In this document: one piece after another, positions 14,820 through 28,188 of the stretch
Layout: the number at the start of each line of letters is the position of its first letter
Numbering within the stretch: position 1 is the stretch's first letter
NCBI RefSeq assembly: GCF_009914755.1
Contig: NC_060942.1
Source of the DNA: the human T2T-CHM13v2.0 reference genome, Homo sapiens
Length of the DNA stretch: 64,000 bases
Reading direction: 5' to 3' (one strand)
The notes under the pieces: model-generated
The model's database searches: none
What the model was told of the DNA's origin: nothing
The model's input: the letters and a program-made list of their open reading frames with translations, nothing else
Program-made: the position numbers and the translations under genes

Positions 14820-17800
14820 AAATTTTTTATTTCTAATTTTTATGGGTACATGATAGGTGTATATATTTATGGTATACATGAGATATTTTGATACAGGCAT
14901 GCAATGTCTAATAAGCGCATCAGGAAAAATGGGGTATCCATCACCTCAAACATTTATCCTTTTTTGTGTTACAAACATTCCGCTACTACTCTTTTAGTTA
15001 TTTAAAAATGTGTAATAAATTTTTAACTGTAATCACTCTGTTGTGCCATCAAATACTAGATCTTATTCATTCTAACTACATCTTTGTACCCATTAACCAC
15101 CCCATTTCCCCTCCCCCCATTAACCCTTCCCAGCCTCTAGTAAACATCATTCTACTCTCTATCTCCATGAGATCAATTGTTTTAATTTTTAGCTCCCACA
15201 AGTGAGTGGGAACATGTGAAGTTTGTCTTACTGTGCCTGGCTTATTTCACTTAATGTCTTCCAGTTCCATTAATGTTGTTACAAATGACAAGATCTCATT
15301 CTTTTTTTTATAGCTGAATAGTATTCCACGGTGTGTATGTACCACATTTTCATTATCCATTGTCTGTTGATGTACACTCAGGTTGCTTCCAAATCTTGGC
15401 TCTTGTGAATAATGCTGAAGTAAACAGGAGTGCAGGTATCTTTTCGATATATTGATTTCTTTTCTTTTGGGTATATACCTAGCAGTGGGATTGCTGGATC
15501 ATATGGTAGTTCTATTTTCCGTTTTCTGAGAAACTTCCATGCTGTTCTCCATAGTGGCTGTACTAATTTACATTCCCACCAAGAGTGTGTGAGGGTTCCC
15601 TTTTCTCTACATCCTTGCCAGCAATCATTATTGCCTATCATTTGGATAAATGCTATTTAGCTGGGGTGAGATTATATCTCATTGTAATTTTGATTTGCAT
15701 TTCTCTGATGATGAATGACGGTGATCTTTTCATATACTTGTTTTCCATTTGTATGTCTTCTTTTGCAAAAGGTCTATTCAGGTCTTTTGCCCATTTTTAA
15801 TTTTTTCCTATTTATTTGAATTCCTTATATATTCTGGTTATTAATCCCTTGTCAAATGGATAGTTGCAGATGTTTTCTTCCATTCTGTGGGTTTTCTCTT
15901 CAGTTTGTTGATTGTTTTATTTGCTGTTCAGAAGCTTTTTAACTTGATGTGATACTATTTGTCCATTTTAGCTTTGGTTACCTGTGCAAAGATACTCAAG
16001 AAATCTTTGCCCAATCCAATGTCCTGGAGAGGTTCCCCAATGTTTTTTTAAGTAGTTTCATAGTCTGAAGTCTTAGATTTAAGTTTTTAATCCATTTTGA
16101 TTTGATTTTTGTATATAGTGAGAGATAGGGGTCTAGTTTCATTCTTCTGCACGTGGATATCCAGTTTTTCTAGCACCATTTACTGAAAAAGCTGTCTTTT
16201 CCCCAATGTATGTTCCTTGGCACCTTTGTTGAAAATGAGTTCACTGTAGATATATGGATTTATTTCTGGATTCTCTATTCTATTTTGTTGGTCTATGTGT
16301 CTGTTTTTATGCCAGTACCATGCTGTTTTGGTTACTCTAGCTCTGTAGTATAATTTGAAGTCAGGTAATATGATTCCTCCAGTTTTGTTCTTTTGCTCAG
16401 GATGGCTTTGGCTATTCTGGGTCTTTTGTGGTTCCATATAAATTTTAGTACTCTTTTTTCTATTTCTGTGAAGAATATCATTGGTATTTTGACAAGGATT
16501 GCATTAAATCTGTGGGTTGCTTTGGTAGTATGGACTTTTTAACAATATTGATTATTCCAATTCATGGACATGGAATATCTTTCCATTTTTTGGTGTCCTG
16601 TTCAATGTATTGCATGTGTTTTATAGTTTTCATTGTAGAGATCTTTCACTTCTTTGGTTAAGTTTATTCCTAGGTGTCTTGTTTTATTAGCAGCTGTTGT
16701 AATTGGAATTTCTTTATTCATTTCTTTTTCAGATTGTTCATTGCTGGCATATAGAAATACTACTGTTTTTTTATGTTGATTTTGTATCCTGCAACTTTAC
16801 TGAATTTGTTTATCAGTTCAAATAATTTTTTGATGGAGTCTTTAGGTTTTTCCAAATATAAGATCCTATCATCTGCAAACAAGAATAATTTGACTTCTTC
16901 CTTTCCAATTTGGATGTCCTTTATTTCTTTCTCTTGTCTTTTTGCTTCTGCTAGTACCTCCAGTACTACGTTGAATAGCAGTGATGAAAGGGGACATCCT
17001 TGTTGTGTTCCCAGTCTTAAAGGAAGGGCTTTCAGTTTTTTCCCATTCAGTATGATGCTAACTGTGGTTGTCATATATGGCTTTTATTGTGTTGAGGTAT
17101 GTTCCTTCTATACCCAGTTTTTTGAGGGTTTTAATTTTATCATGAGGGATGTTGAAATCTATCAAATGCTTTTTCATTATTAATTGAAACAATTATATGT
17201 TTTTTTCCTTCATTCTGTTGATATGTTACATCACGTTGATTGGTTTGTGTATGTTGAATCATCCTGGCATCCCAGGGATGAATCCCACTTGGTCATGATG
17301 AATGCTGTTTTTAATGTGTTGTTGAATTTGGTTTGCTAATACTTTGTCAAGGATTTTTCCATCAATATTCCTCAGAGATATTGGCCTACAGTTTTCTTTT
17401 TTGATATGTCTTTGTCTACTTTTGGTATCAGGGTAGGCTTCATAGGATGAGTTTGGAAGTATTCCCTCTTCCTCTATTTTTCAGAATTGTTTGAGTGGGA
17501 TTGGTATTAGTTCTTCTTTAAGTGTTTGGTAAAATTCAGCAATGAAGCTGTATTGTCCGTTTTCATGCTGTTGATAAAGACATACCCAGGACTGGGCAAT
17601 TTACAAAAGAAAGATGTTTATTGGACTTACAGTTCCACATGGCTGGGGAGGCCTTACAATCATGGCAGAAGGTGAAAGGCATGTCTCACATGGTGGCAGG
17701 CAAGAGAAGAGAGCTTGTGCAGGGAAACTCCCCTGTTTAAAACCAGCAGATCTTGTGAGACTTATTCGCTATCATGAGAACAGCATGGGAAAGACCTGCC

Positions 17801-18133
17801 CCCATGATTCAATTACGTCCCACTGGGTCCCTCCCACAACACATGGAAATTCCAGATGAGATTGGGGTGGGGACACAGCCAAACCATATCAGAAGCCATC
17901 AAGTCCTGGGCTTTTCTTCTCTGGGAGGCTTTTTATTATAGCTTCAATCTCATTTCTTGTTAATGGTCTATTCAGATTTTGGGTTTCTTCATGTTTCAAT
18001 CTTGGTAGGTTGTATGTGTCTAGGAATTTATCCATTTATTCTATATTTTCCAATTTATTGACATAGTCACAGTAGTTTCTAATGATCCTTTAAATTTCTG
18101 TGGTATCAGTTGTAATCTACTTTTTCATCTCTG
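14820..18133 (-). mobile_element. L1MA (L1MA2/3-like), 5'-truncated, ~3 kb with ORF2 remnants
   Basis: 3' end 'ttttatgggtacatgataggtgtatatatttatgg'. Translated remnants include '[21 protein letters not shown]...LFADD' (RT) and 'PDFKLYY...[15 protein letters not shown]'. Confidence 0.93.
17549..17891 (-). mobile_element. THE1 (THE1C-like) solo LTR nested in L1MA
   Basis: TGTATT...GGGGACACAGCCAAACCATATCA with a perfect TSD GAAGC. Confidence 0.95.
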
Positions 18134-18534
18134 AGAAATGTGGTGGTGGGGGGTGGTGGTTAATGGCTGCCACAGGGATAAGAGGGAGGTGAAGAGAATG
18201 AGGTACTGGCTCTTCCTCCAGTGTTCAAGTGGAGAAGCTCTGTTTTCATCTGAATATTGGCATTGGGCATTTGATTTCACTGGATAAAAGTCCTTTGATT
18301 CTAAGAAAAGAAGTCTGAAAATTGCTGGTTGGCTTGACTCTCTTGTGTGCCTCTATAGATCCACTTCTGTCTTTCTTTACCCTGCTCTGGGTCCCTGGGG
18401 ACAGACTATAGGTCAGTGGGCTCTCTCGCCCTCTGTCTTCTATAGAACTGGGAAGAGATTGAAGGTGGGCAGAGAGGAAGGTGAGGCCAGGGTATTTTTC
18501 CTCTGGCTTTTTTCCTACAGAAAAAAATTCAGGA

Positions 18535-18842
18535 TTTTTTTTTTTTTTTTTTTTTTTTTTTGACAGAGTCTCTCTCTGCCAGCCAGGCTGGAGTGTAGTG
18601 GCGCAATCTCAGCTCACAGCAACCTCTGCCTCCTGGGTTCAAGCAATTCTCATGCCTTAGCCTCCCAAGTAACTGGGACTACAGTGCATGCATGCCCCAC
18701 ACTTGGCTGTTTGTATTTTTTAGTAGAGATAGGCTTTCACCATGTTGGCCAGGCTGGTCTTGAACTCATGACCTCAAGGTGATCCACCCACCTTAACTTC
18801 CCAAAGTTTTGGGATTAGAGGCCTGAGCCACCACACCCAGCC
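18535..18842 (-). mobile_element. Alu (AluS)
   Basis: T-tract plus reverse Alu. TSD AAAAATTCAGG on both sides. Confidence 0.96.
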
Positions 18843-18874
18843 AAAAATTCAGGTCTTTTAAAATTTTGTGTCAA

Positions 18875-19330
18875 AAGGAATTCTCTTAGCTGCAGGTAAA
18901 GAAGAACCCAACTCACTTGGCTTATGCAAATAAAAATGTATTTTTCTCACATACTAAAACTCTGGAGGTGGGAGCAGCTGGCAGCATTTCAGTGGCTCAA
19001 TGTCTGGCCAGCATCTCTGAGATCTCTGTGATATTTCCCTCATCGTTAAAAGATGGCTGCCCAAATTCCAAAAGCAAGTACATATTCAAGGCAGAAAGGA
19101 AGAAAAGAAAAAATCTGCCATGTCCAACTCTTTACTAGGAAAGCAAAAGTTTCCTTGAAGTTTCCCTGTAGACTTCATTTACGTTTCATTGGCCAGATCT
19201 TTGTTGTATGATGCCCTGGATGTAGAGGGTGCTGGGAGCTTAAGTGCTGTATTTAGTTTTATCAGACTCTAAAGAGTGCAAGAGAGAAGGGAGTTAGGAA
19301 TGGTGTTGGCTTAATCACTTAACAGTGTCC
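18875..19330 (-). mobile_element. Old MaLR LTR (MLT1K/L-like)
   Basis: 'agctgcaggtaaagaagaacccaactcacttggctta', 'aagatggctgcc', 'tttcattggccaga'. Confidence 0.55.
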
Positions 19331-19792
19331 AGAAGGATTTTGTTCTTGACAAGGAAAATCTCAGAAGTCAATGTCTCAATCCTAAGGAATAGCTTGTTCA
19401 TGGAATAAGTTACAGACATTCATGAAATATTTAAAGTGAGGGTATTTGATCATGGTCCCTAAATGTATACCATGTACCTGACTATATCTATTCTTTAACT
19501 TTGGTCAGAACTTGAAAGGCAGAATAACCTCAGTGGCTTAAGGCCCTGGTCAAATGACAAATTGCAAATCCATCCATACCCTCTTTACACTTTCATTTTT
19601 TGTTTGTTTATTTCCTGAACATACAGGCAAAATCAGGGTAATACGAACACAAAATCATGGAAAAAAACATGGGTCTAGAAATTAATCCTATGAGTCATCT
19701 ATTTTACCCCCCACATTGCCACAAAGTAACTATGTATTAAGAGAGTTTGCCTGTTTGAACCCCTCTTCCTTATCTATAAAAAGAGGGTTATG

Positions 19793-20112
<320 letters not shown>

Positions 20113-20129
20113 TTATGCTGGACTAGTTG

Positions 20130-20540
20130 ATCATTTTGTTCAACAAATATTTATTGAGCATCTGCTATGAAACATACCCTCTAGGTACCAGGGTTTGATA
20201 GGGTGGTGATGATATAGACAAGGTCCTTGCTCTCAGGGAGCTTACATTCTATTTGGCAGAGACTGACAATAGGAAAATAAACAAGCAATAAAAGGTAACA
20301 GTGAGTGATCAGTGCTATGCAGAGAAACGAAATACAGTGATGTGACACTCAGTGCACAGGTACCTATCTCAGATAGTGTAGTCCCAGGAGGCCTCTCTGT
20401 GGAGGCAACGTTTAGGCTGAGACCGGAAAGTCAAGAAAAAGTCAGATCCTGAATTACAGGGTTGAACAGCTCCAGGAAGAGGGAGCTACAATAAAAAGGC
20501 TCTAAGAGCGATCACACTTGGCATGTTTAAGGAAGAAACA
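20130..20540 (-). mobile_element. L2 3' fragment
   Basis: 'ttcaacaaatatttattgagcatctgctatg...gtccttgctctcagggagcttacattcta'. Confidence 0.8.
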
Positions 20541-20843
20541 GAAAGCAAGGGAGATATTGAATTTAATCATCACTGCATTTTTCATGACTATAGTTCCCAT
20601 CTGGAAATGCAAATTTACAAATTAAAACATCAATAACATTCTTTCCTAGGATAACTGAGGATCTCTCTGCCACAGACTTAATGCTCCTGTGCATAAAGTG
20701 AGTGTGAAGTTTGAGAATGTTGCTCTGGTTGAACCTGGTGGTGAGTTTCAAGTCTCTGTGTAACTGATGGAGTTTCATAGAGAGCCCATGGCTGCTGCTC
20801 TACCTTTTACAGCTCTATCTTTCACATGTCTGTTAAATCATTG

Positions 20844-21056
20844 AAGCCAGATGCAGTGGCTCACGCCTCTCATCCCAGCACTTTGTGAGTCTAAGGTGGG
20901 AGAATCACATGAGCCCAGGAATTTGAGACCCACCTGAGCAACAAAGTGAGACCACATCTCTATAAAAACTACAGAAAAATTAGTGGTCCCAACTACTTGG
21001 AAGGCTGAGCTGGGAGGATTGCTTGACTCCCTAGAAGTCAAGCCTGCAGTGAGCCA
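20844..21056 (+). mobile_element. AluJ, internally deleted and 3'-truncated, running into a (TA/CA) tract
   Basis: 'gccagatgcagtggctcacgcc...gaggattgcttga...gcagtgagcca', then the sequence stops. Confidence 0.9.
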
Positions 21057-21159
21057 GTATGTATGATATATATATATACACACATAGACACACATACATA
21101 TATGATGTACATATATATACACACATAGATATATGTAGATACAATCTACATATATATAC

Positions 21160-22792
21160 ACATACCTATTATCGCTTCCTTCCTTTCATTTCTTCCCACT
21201 GATTGCCTTCAAAAATATCTTGTATTACACATGGTTTCAGGTATGAAGATGAATGAGATGGAGCACACAATGAAATAGATCTAAAAATATATGTACATAT
21301 ATATGTAGATCATATGTGTATATCTCATTGATCTCTAATACTCTAAAGAAAATTAATTCCATGGGTCCATTGTCTTTGTAGTGCTCATTAGCTTACTCTC
21401 CACTACTTATTGTTGCTTCTATTTGCCCTAAGCTTACTGCCCCGCTCTTTTTAATATCCTGGAAGTGATGATCTAGGGCATTAGCTCCCTAATACCAGTT
21501 TGTAAATTAAGCACCCATCTATGGACTCGTGGAGGTCCCTGATGAAGTTCACACCAGTCAGCAGCAAAATGGGAAACTGAGGCCAGAGAAATGATTTTTC
21601 ATAAAGCTAAATTTATGTAACTTCAAAATATTTGTTCTCTCTGAAATAAGGTCCCATGTTTTCTGCATTTTAAGGGTTTTTGCCACAATGACATAATGTA
21701 AATGATATTTCTTTTGAGAAAAATAAACTATTTGTTACCTTATATCAGAAACCCATTTTTCCTTCTAACAGAACTCATTGGGCCTTGAAATCCAAGGGCC
21801 TGAGCACCAAGGAACTGGTCAAAGCCCATGCATGCATGCCTACAGAGCCTTATATTGTGTCTCTTGTCAGGAACCCTATGAATATTAACCCATTCTTCCA
21901 TGATCTGAGTATTAATGGAATGGAATGTGTGTGTGGGAAGGAAATTTGATTTCAAGGCTTCAACTCTGTTATCTGTTCCATTTGCAAAAAGCCATCCCCA
22001 TTGATAACTCTCATTTGTGTACTTTTGAGGGTTTGCTCCTCATAGCTCTGCTTTCGTTATCTTCTAAAATGTATTTAATACTGAAATAAAATACAGCCGT
22101 AGCTTAGATGTATGATTCACTCTAACAAACATTGTGTGAATTTTTATCCCCCTGAGCTTCTTGGAAGTGTTATTACATAAGATAGTGGCATGGATGTCAT
22201 CTTACCTATGCTTGCTTGATAAATAAATGAAACTTTTTTTTTCATCTCTGCTTTCTTTCTTCTGTCTCCTTATTCATCCATTTACTAAGTACCAATTGAA
22301 TGCTCAATCCTGACATCAGGGCAATCCAGATCCTTCTGAGGGATGCACATGCAAAACAAATGACCTACCTGAGAGGAAAGAGGTGCACCGGACACAAAGT
22401 GGGAAGACCCATTCCTTCTGCCTGGGGAAATCCATAGAGAAGAAATGGGCAATCTGACAAACTTCCCATTCTCTATGCCCATTTTTGGGAGGGAGCTAGA
22501 ATTCTCCCATCTCTTCTTGGCAGCAGAATTTGGGATTAATATCATGAAACTGTGAGTCTGAGAGATTGGGATTGGATTGCTGCTATCCAGTTGTGTGACC
22601 ACTAAGATCAGGCCACTTAAGTTTTCTATGTTTGTTTGTAAACCAGGGATAACATACCTATTATCACTTCCTTCCTTTCCTTATTTCTTTCCACTCTTTC
22701 CTTCAAAAATATCTTGTATCACACACAGTGTCAGGTATGAAGATGAATGAGATAGAGCTTGCCATGCACACAGGGTGAGATAGATCTAAAAA
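21160..22792 (+). repeat. Dispersed direct duplication: 21160-21287 and 22652-22792
   Basis: Shared blocks 'acatacctattatc.cttccttcctttc', 'ccttcaaaaatatcttgtat.acac', 'tcaggtatgaagatgaatgagat.gagc', 'atagatctaaaaa'. Confidence 0.9.
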
Positions 22793-23148
22793 CAGAGAAA
22801 TTACAACACAACCTCTGAGTGCCATTTTAGAGGAATGCCTGTCTCACAAAGTTACGGGAAGGCAGCAGGGAAATTCTTGTGAAAGTATTTTTGAAAATCA
22901 GGCATACAACATGGATGAGCTCATGGTGGTAGTAAAGGAGGAATTGGATTAAGGGTGAGATGAAGGGCTGAAGACCAGCATATAAAACTCTAGAATCCTA
23001 CTGACCACCTGTAGGGACTTTGGGAAAAATATGTCCACTGGGAAGTCAATTCATTACTCCTAGCTGGTTCCTAAAATTATCAATTTTTATGTTAAGTTGG
23101 CACAGAGGAATATTAGCTTTAAATGCTTAAAAGGATTTATTTATTAGA

Positions 23149-23458
23149 GGCTGGGCACCGTGGCTCATGCCTGTAATCCCAGCACTTTGGGAGGTGAGGC
23201 AGGTGGATCACTTTAGGTCAGGAGTTTGAGACCAGCCTTGTCAACATGTTGAAACCCTGTCTCTACCAAAAAATACACAAATTAGCCAGGTATAGTGGTG
23301 TGTGCCTGTAGTCTCAGCTACTCGAGTGGCTGAGGCGCAAGAATTGCTTGAACCTGGGAAGCGGAGGTTGCAGTGAGCCAAGATCATCACTGCACTCCAG
23401 CCTTGGCGACAGAGTGAGACCCCGTCTCAAAAAAAAAAAAAAAAAAAAAAAGAAAAAA
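23149..23458 (+). mobile_element. Alu (AluS)
   Basis: Full dimer and A tail. TSD GATTTATTTATT(A/G)GA. Confidence 0.96.
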
Positions 23459-24860
23459 GATTTATTTATTGGAATCAAATCCAAAAAAGCACTATCAGAA
23501 GGAACTTCAACAGTAAAGAAATTTCCATATTTTCCTTGGAAAGTTGCTCTTCCTTGAGTTTACAAAGATGTAATGCAGTCATACCTATATTCCCCTCTGG
23601 TCATCTCCAAGCTGACTTTAGCTTGAGTGCATCTTCAAACAAACATTGTGATTAGCGTCATGGAATTTTCTCTAAGAGCTATCACCACTCATGATGAAAG
23701 ATTACTTTTTTCTGGTTTATTATTATATTGTTATTATCAATCTGGTTCTGGTGGAATTTCCACCTGTCCACTCTAGTGGGGCCGAATCACAGGCACTGGA
23801 AATTCTTGGGTTAGAGGTTTTTAGGCAGAGTCCTCGTCCCACCAGCACAGGGAAGGACAGTTTGAAAGTAGACAGGGTGTGGTCCAGCTCCACCTGTGTG
23901 CTCCCTTTGAGGATTTCCTAACTCTCTTCAGTTCTCAACACACCTGAGGACTTGCTAGAACACAACAGGAACTGAGGGGAAGGGATGCTACTCTGTCTTT
24001 CTCATGGGTCTCAACTATTTTTGGACAGCTAGCGATCTTTATCTATCGACAGTCTTTTCAGAATCTCAGCTCTCAGCCTCATTAGGGAGTCTGAGGAAAT
24101 GTCTGGACAGAGACAGCGTCAGGAAGCCCTGCGTGGAGTTGGACTCTCCATCTTGTTTTCTGTTTTAACTCAGGCATGGCTTTGAACTCTCCGAGCTTCA
24201 TTTTCTTTAGCTGTCAGCAGACATCATATTATACGTCTTGTGTACTCACAGACGTGTTGTAAAGATCAAAATGAGATAATCTGTGGAGCAACATGTTTGA
24301 AAAATATATAAAACATTATATAAACCTTCACATATAAATAGAGTGTTTAGTCACACTACTTCATGATTATATCCCATATAATATAGACGTATCCGCGGGC
24401 ATGCAGAAACTTGCTGTATCCACCCCCTCAATGTAAACGGTAACAGGCATGGAGAGCACAAAGGTGTTTTCATAAAGCAACAAGATGTCCTGAAGTCCTG
24501 GGAAGGAAACTACGTTCTGTATCAAGGGCCTCATGCCCCCTTCAGTAAAGATAATGGGAAAAATGGTTGGTCTACTATCTCCCATTATCCTAGATGGTCA
24601 CCCAGTGTTAAGTCATTCTCCGGTCTGGTTTAGCCAAATAAAGCACAGAGATCGGAACAGAAGTAGAGAAGTGAACCTCTGTCTCCTGCCCTTCTGACTC
24701 TCTTTGTAGGACTCCCATCACCCCATCCTTGATGAGCCCAGGTAAACATACTTTGAAAACCCAGGCCCAATACACAAAAAGAGATGGTTAGTAGTTTCCC
24801 TTTCTAGCCCACTTGCTTTATATTACTGTAGTCATCATCCTACTAAATGTACACCTTTTG

Positions 24861-25182
<322 letters not shown>

Positions 25183-27203
25183 CTATTCTTTTTTGCTTCT
25201 CTGACAGCTGGGCATAACTTTGATTTAATATTTATTCCTGTAGACTCCAAGTTTTAAATATCTGATTAGCCTTGCAGACTAATCTTCTTAAAGGTAAGGT
25301 CTGATTTCTATTTGTATCCTCCACACTTTGAAAGGGTCTGGAAGGTTTCTCATTCATTGAACAAAAGGATGAATGAATGAATGAATGAATAAATGAATCT
25401 AAATTATTTCAGTGGAGTGTTCATGTTTGATTTATGGGTCTTTTTTCTTTACTTAGTTCATTTCCTTTCTTTGTTTCTCCCAACAGCAAACTGTTTGTAG
25501 CAGGCCCTCAATAAACATTTGTTTGGCTAACACATGAATTGTGTATTTCGCTGCATTGGGTAACAATGGGTAGTGTTATTCATCTGGTCTATTTCCATGT
25601 CTGCTAACGCTGGGAATTATCTTCCTTCACTGTCAGCTGACCCAAGAGCTACCTGTACTCCTAAAGTGGCTGATAGTGCACTGACCTGAGTGAGGGTTTC
25701 AGGAACGTGGCTCCGTTTTTAGCCATGACATTGAATCATGTCCTGGCCTTAAGCAATTGCTACCCCATTCATTAAATGAGGGTGGAGACAATCTTTCCCA
25801 CTTTCTTAAAGATGTTATGAAGATTAATGAGGTAATGTCTGCCAAGCACCCTGGAAGAAAGGTGCTAAATACTTAGTATTATGGTGACTTTGCTTTCAAC
25901 TGTGTTACCCATTGGTGCTCATTCAGCAAGATGGGAAAGTAGGAGAGGGACTGAAGCAGTGGAATTTGAGAGAAGGGTTCATGGCCCTGTTCTGAGCACT
26001 GCTGATTACTGATCCTGTGCGCGGGTCATCCTTCTGATTCCAACTCTTCTGTCTATAAAAGGTTGCCATAACATAGCACTTAACCAGAGTCAAAAGCATG
26101 TGTGGTAAATTAACAAATTTGTTCTCGTAAAGTGGATGGGTCCTTGGATAAAAAGCTTTGTAAAGCCACAAGATACTATTTCAGTCCGAGGTTTCTGTAT
26201 CTCTGCCTCTCTTTCAAAAGGATATTCACTGAGCTTATCACTTTCTCAGGATTTTTTTAAATTACCCTTAACTCAGTCTTTTATGTACAGCTGTTTATTT
26301 CTATTGAACTGCTTTGTTTCCCTCCAGAGAGGTTACTGTTTGAAATTTCTGTCATTTTTCTGTTTGTTTGCTTATAAACTAATAATCCAACAAACAGTCT
26401 TTGGACAACAGTGTCTTTTTTATAGAGGCATTATTTTTATAAGTCACAGTGCTTTTGAAATGTGTTTATTTATTAATTTATAAATGCCTCTCATCACACA
26501 TTGCACCTGTGTGACTTATATTAATTAGAATAATAATGCAATGAGACATGAATAGGCTGTTTGTACCTTTGATTTCAGTGGTGTTTCATTTAAACCCAAT
26601 GCGTAGTATTTGAGAATTGGATTGTCAACTACAACTCAGAAGAATACAGTAGAATGAGAGCAGTCTATGTTATCCTGTGTTTAGGAAGATTTTAGAATTG
26701 TACTAGATAAATGTCATCCAGAGTTTATACTAATTTTAAAATAAATAATATTAAGTCAATTATAATAAATAATATATATCAATAGTATATAATTCTTTGT
26801 ACTATGTTTTTCTCCCTACAAGTAAAGCATCCAAAATGCAAGATCTGTCAATGCAATGGCATATTTAGTAATATACTAATTCAGAATTTTGAGTTTAAGC
26901 AATCAGAAATAGTTGAGTGCTTATGTTGTGCCTGGCACAATGAGTTAGTCTACTCACTATGACTTACCAGGTAATTGCTTCACCTAGACTCCAGTGTTGC
27001 AATGGAAAGACTGAAACAATTGGACAGTTATCTGGATCAGGGCACTTATTAATTTGTAAGAAAAGGAAAGGATTCATTTGTCTGAAATTGCCATCTTGAA
27101 GGTTTTCATTGATCTAAGATAAATTCCACCTCATTCCTGCAGACACAGACTTGTTCTGAATTTAAAAGGAAGAGATTGCTGTTTTTAAAGACAAAAATTA
27201 TAA

Positions 27204-27500
27204 GGCTGGGTGTGGTGGCTCATACCTGTAATCCCAACACATTCAGAAGCTGAGGAGGGATAATTGCTTGAGGCCAGGAGTTCATGATCAGCCTGGGCAA
27301 CATCATGAGACCCCATCTCTACAAAAAATAAAAAGTTGGCCAGACATGGTAGGCACTCATAGTCCCAGCTACTTGGGAGGCTGAGTTGGGAGGATCGCTT
27401 GAGCCCAGGAGGTCAAGATTGTAATGAGGTATGATCATGCCACTGTACTCCAGCCTGGGCCACAGAGTAAGACCCTGTCTCTTAAAAAAAAAAAGAAAAA
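27204..27500 (+). mobile_element. AluJ
   Basis: 'ttgcttgaggccaggagttc', 'aggatcgcttgagcccaggagg'. TSD AAAAATTATA. Confidence 0.94.
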
Positions 27501-28090
27501 ATTATATTTCTAACCCCAAAGATATATCAGTGTACTACTGATTAGCTAAAACAAACCCATAATTTTACAGAAAATTGAAATGCTGAAATATCATGAAGTT
27601 AAATGATTGCCCAAGGTCACATGACCAGTTAGTAACAGAACTAGGACCTAAGTATCCTGTTTTCTGGTTAGTAGTAATACCAGCTATATTGATTCAGATG
27701 GCAATATCCAGACAATAGCTCCCACTCATGAGATGACTGAATTAGGCAGTAGGCAGACAGAGGCCAGGCACTGGATACAGAGCAGATAACCTGGTTCCAT
27801 CATGAAATAATTATTTATCTTTAGGAATGTTCCCAAACTCTTCAGTTTTCTCATCTTTCATATTCAGAAATTTTACTGGTTAATGTCTAACTTCCCTCCT
27901 AATTCTGAGATTCTGGTTTAATGAATAAAATTGAACCAGAAAATGGATATCACAGATGTGTTTGCACACAATCACATCCATTTACTGTCTACTAATATAT
28001 CCTAAAAAATACAATAGTTGTAAAGTCTGATACAAGTCAAGTATGTAATGTCTCTTGAGCCGAATTCTCCTTCACAGAAATACATAGTTT

Positions 28091-28188
28091 TTTTGGTTTT
28101 TTTGTTTTTTGAGACGGAGTCTTGCTCTGTTGCCCAGGCTGGAGTGCAGTGGCACCATCTCGGCTCACTGCAGCCTCCACTTCCCAGG
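28091..28188 (-). mobile_element. 5'-truncated Alu (3' ~100 bp) with TSD
   Basis: T tail plus 'gagacggagtcttgctctgttgcccaggctggagtgcagtgg...cccagg'. Flanks AATACATAGT/AATATGTAGT. Confidence 0.9.
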
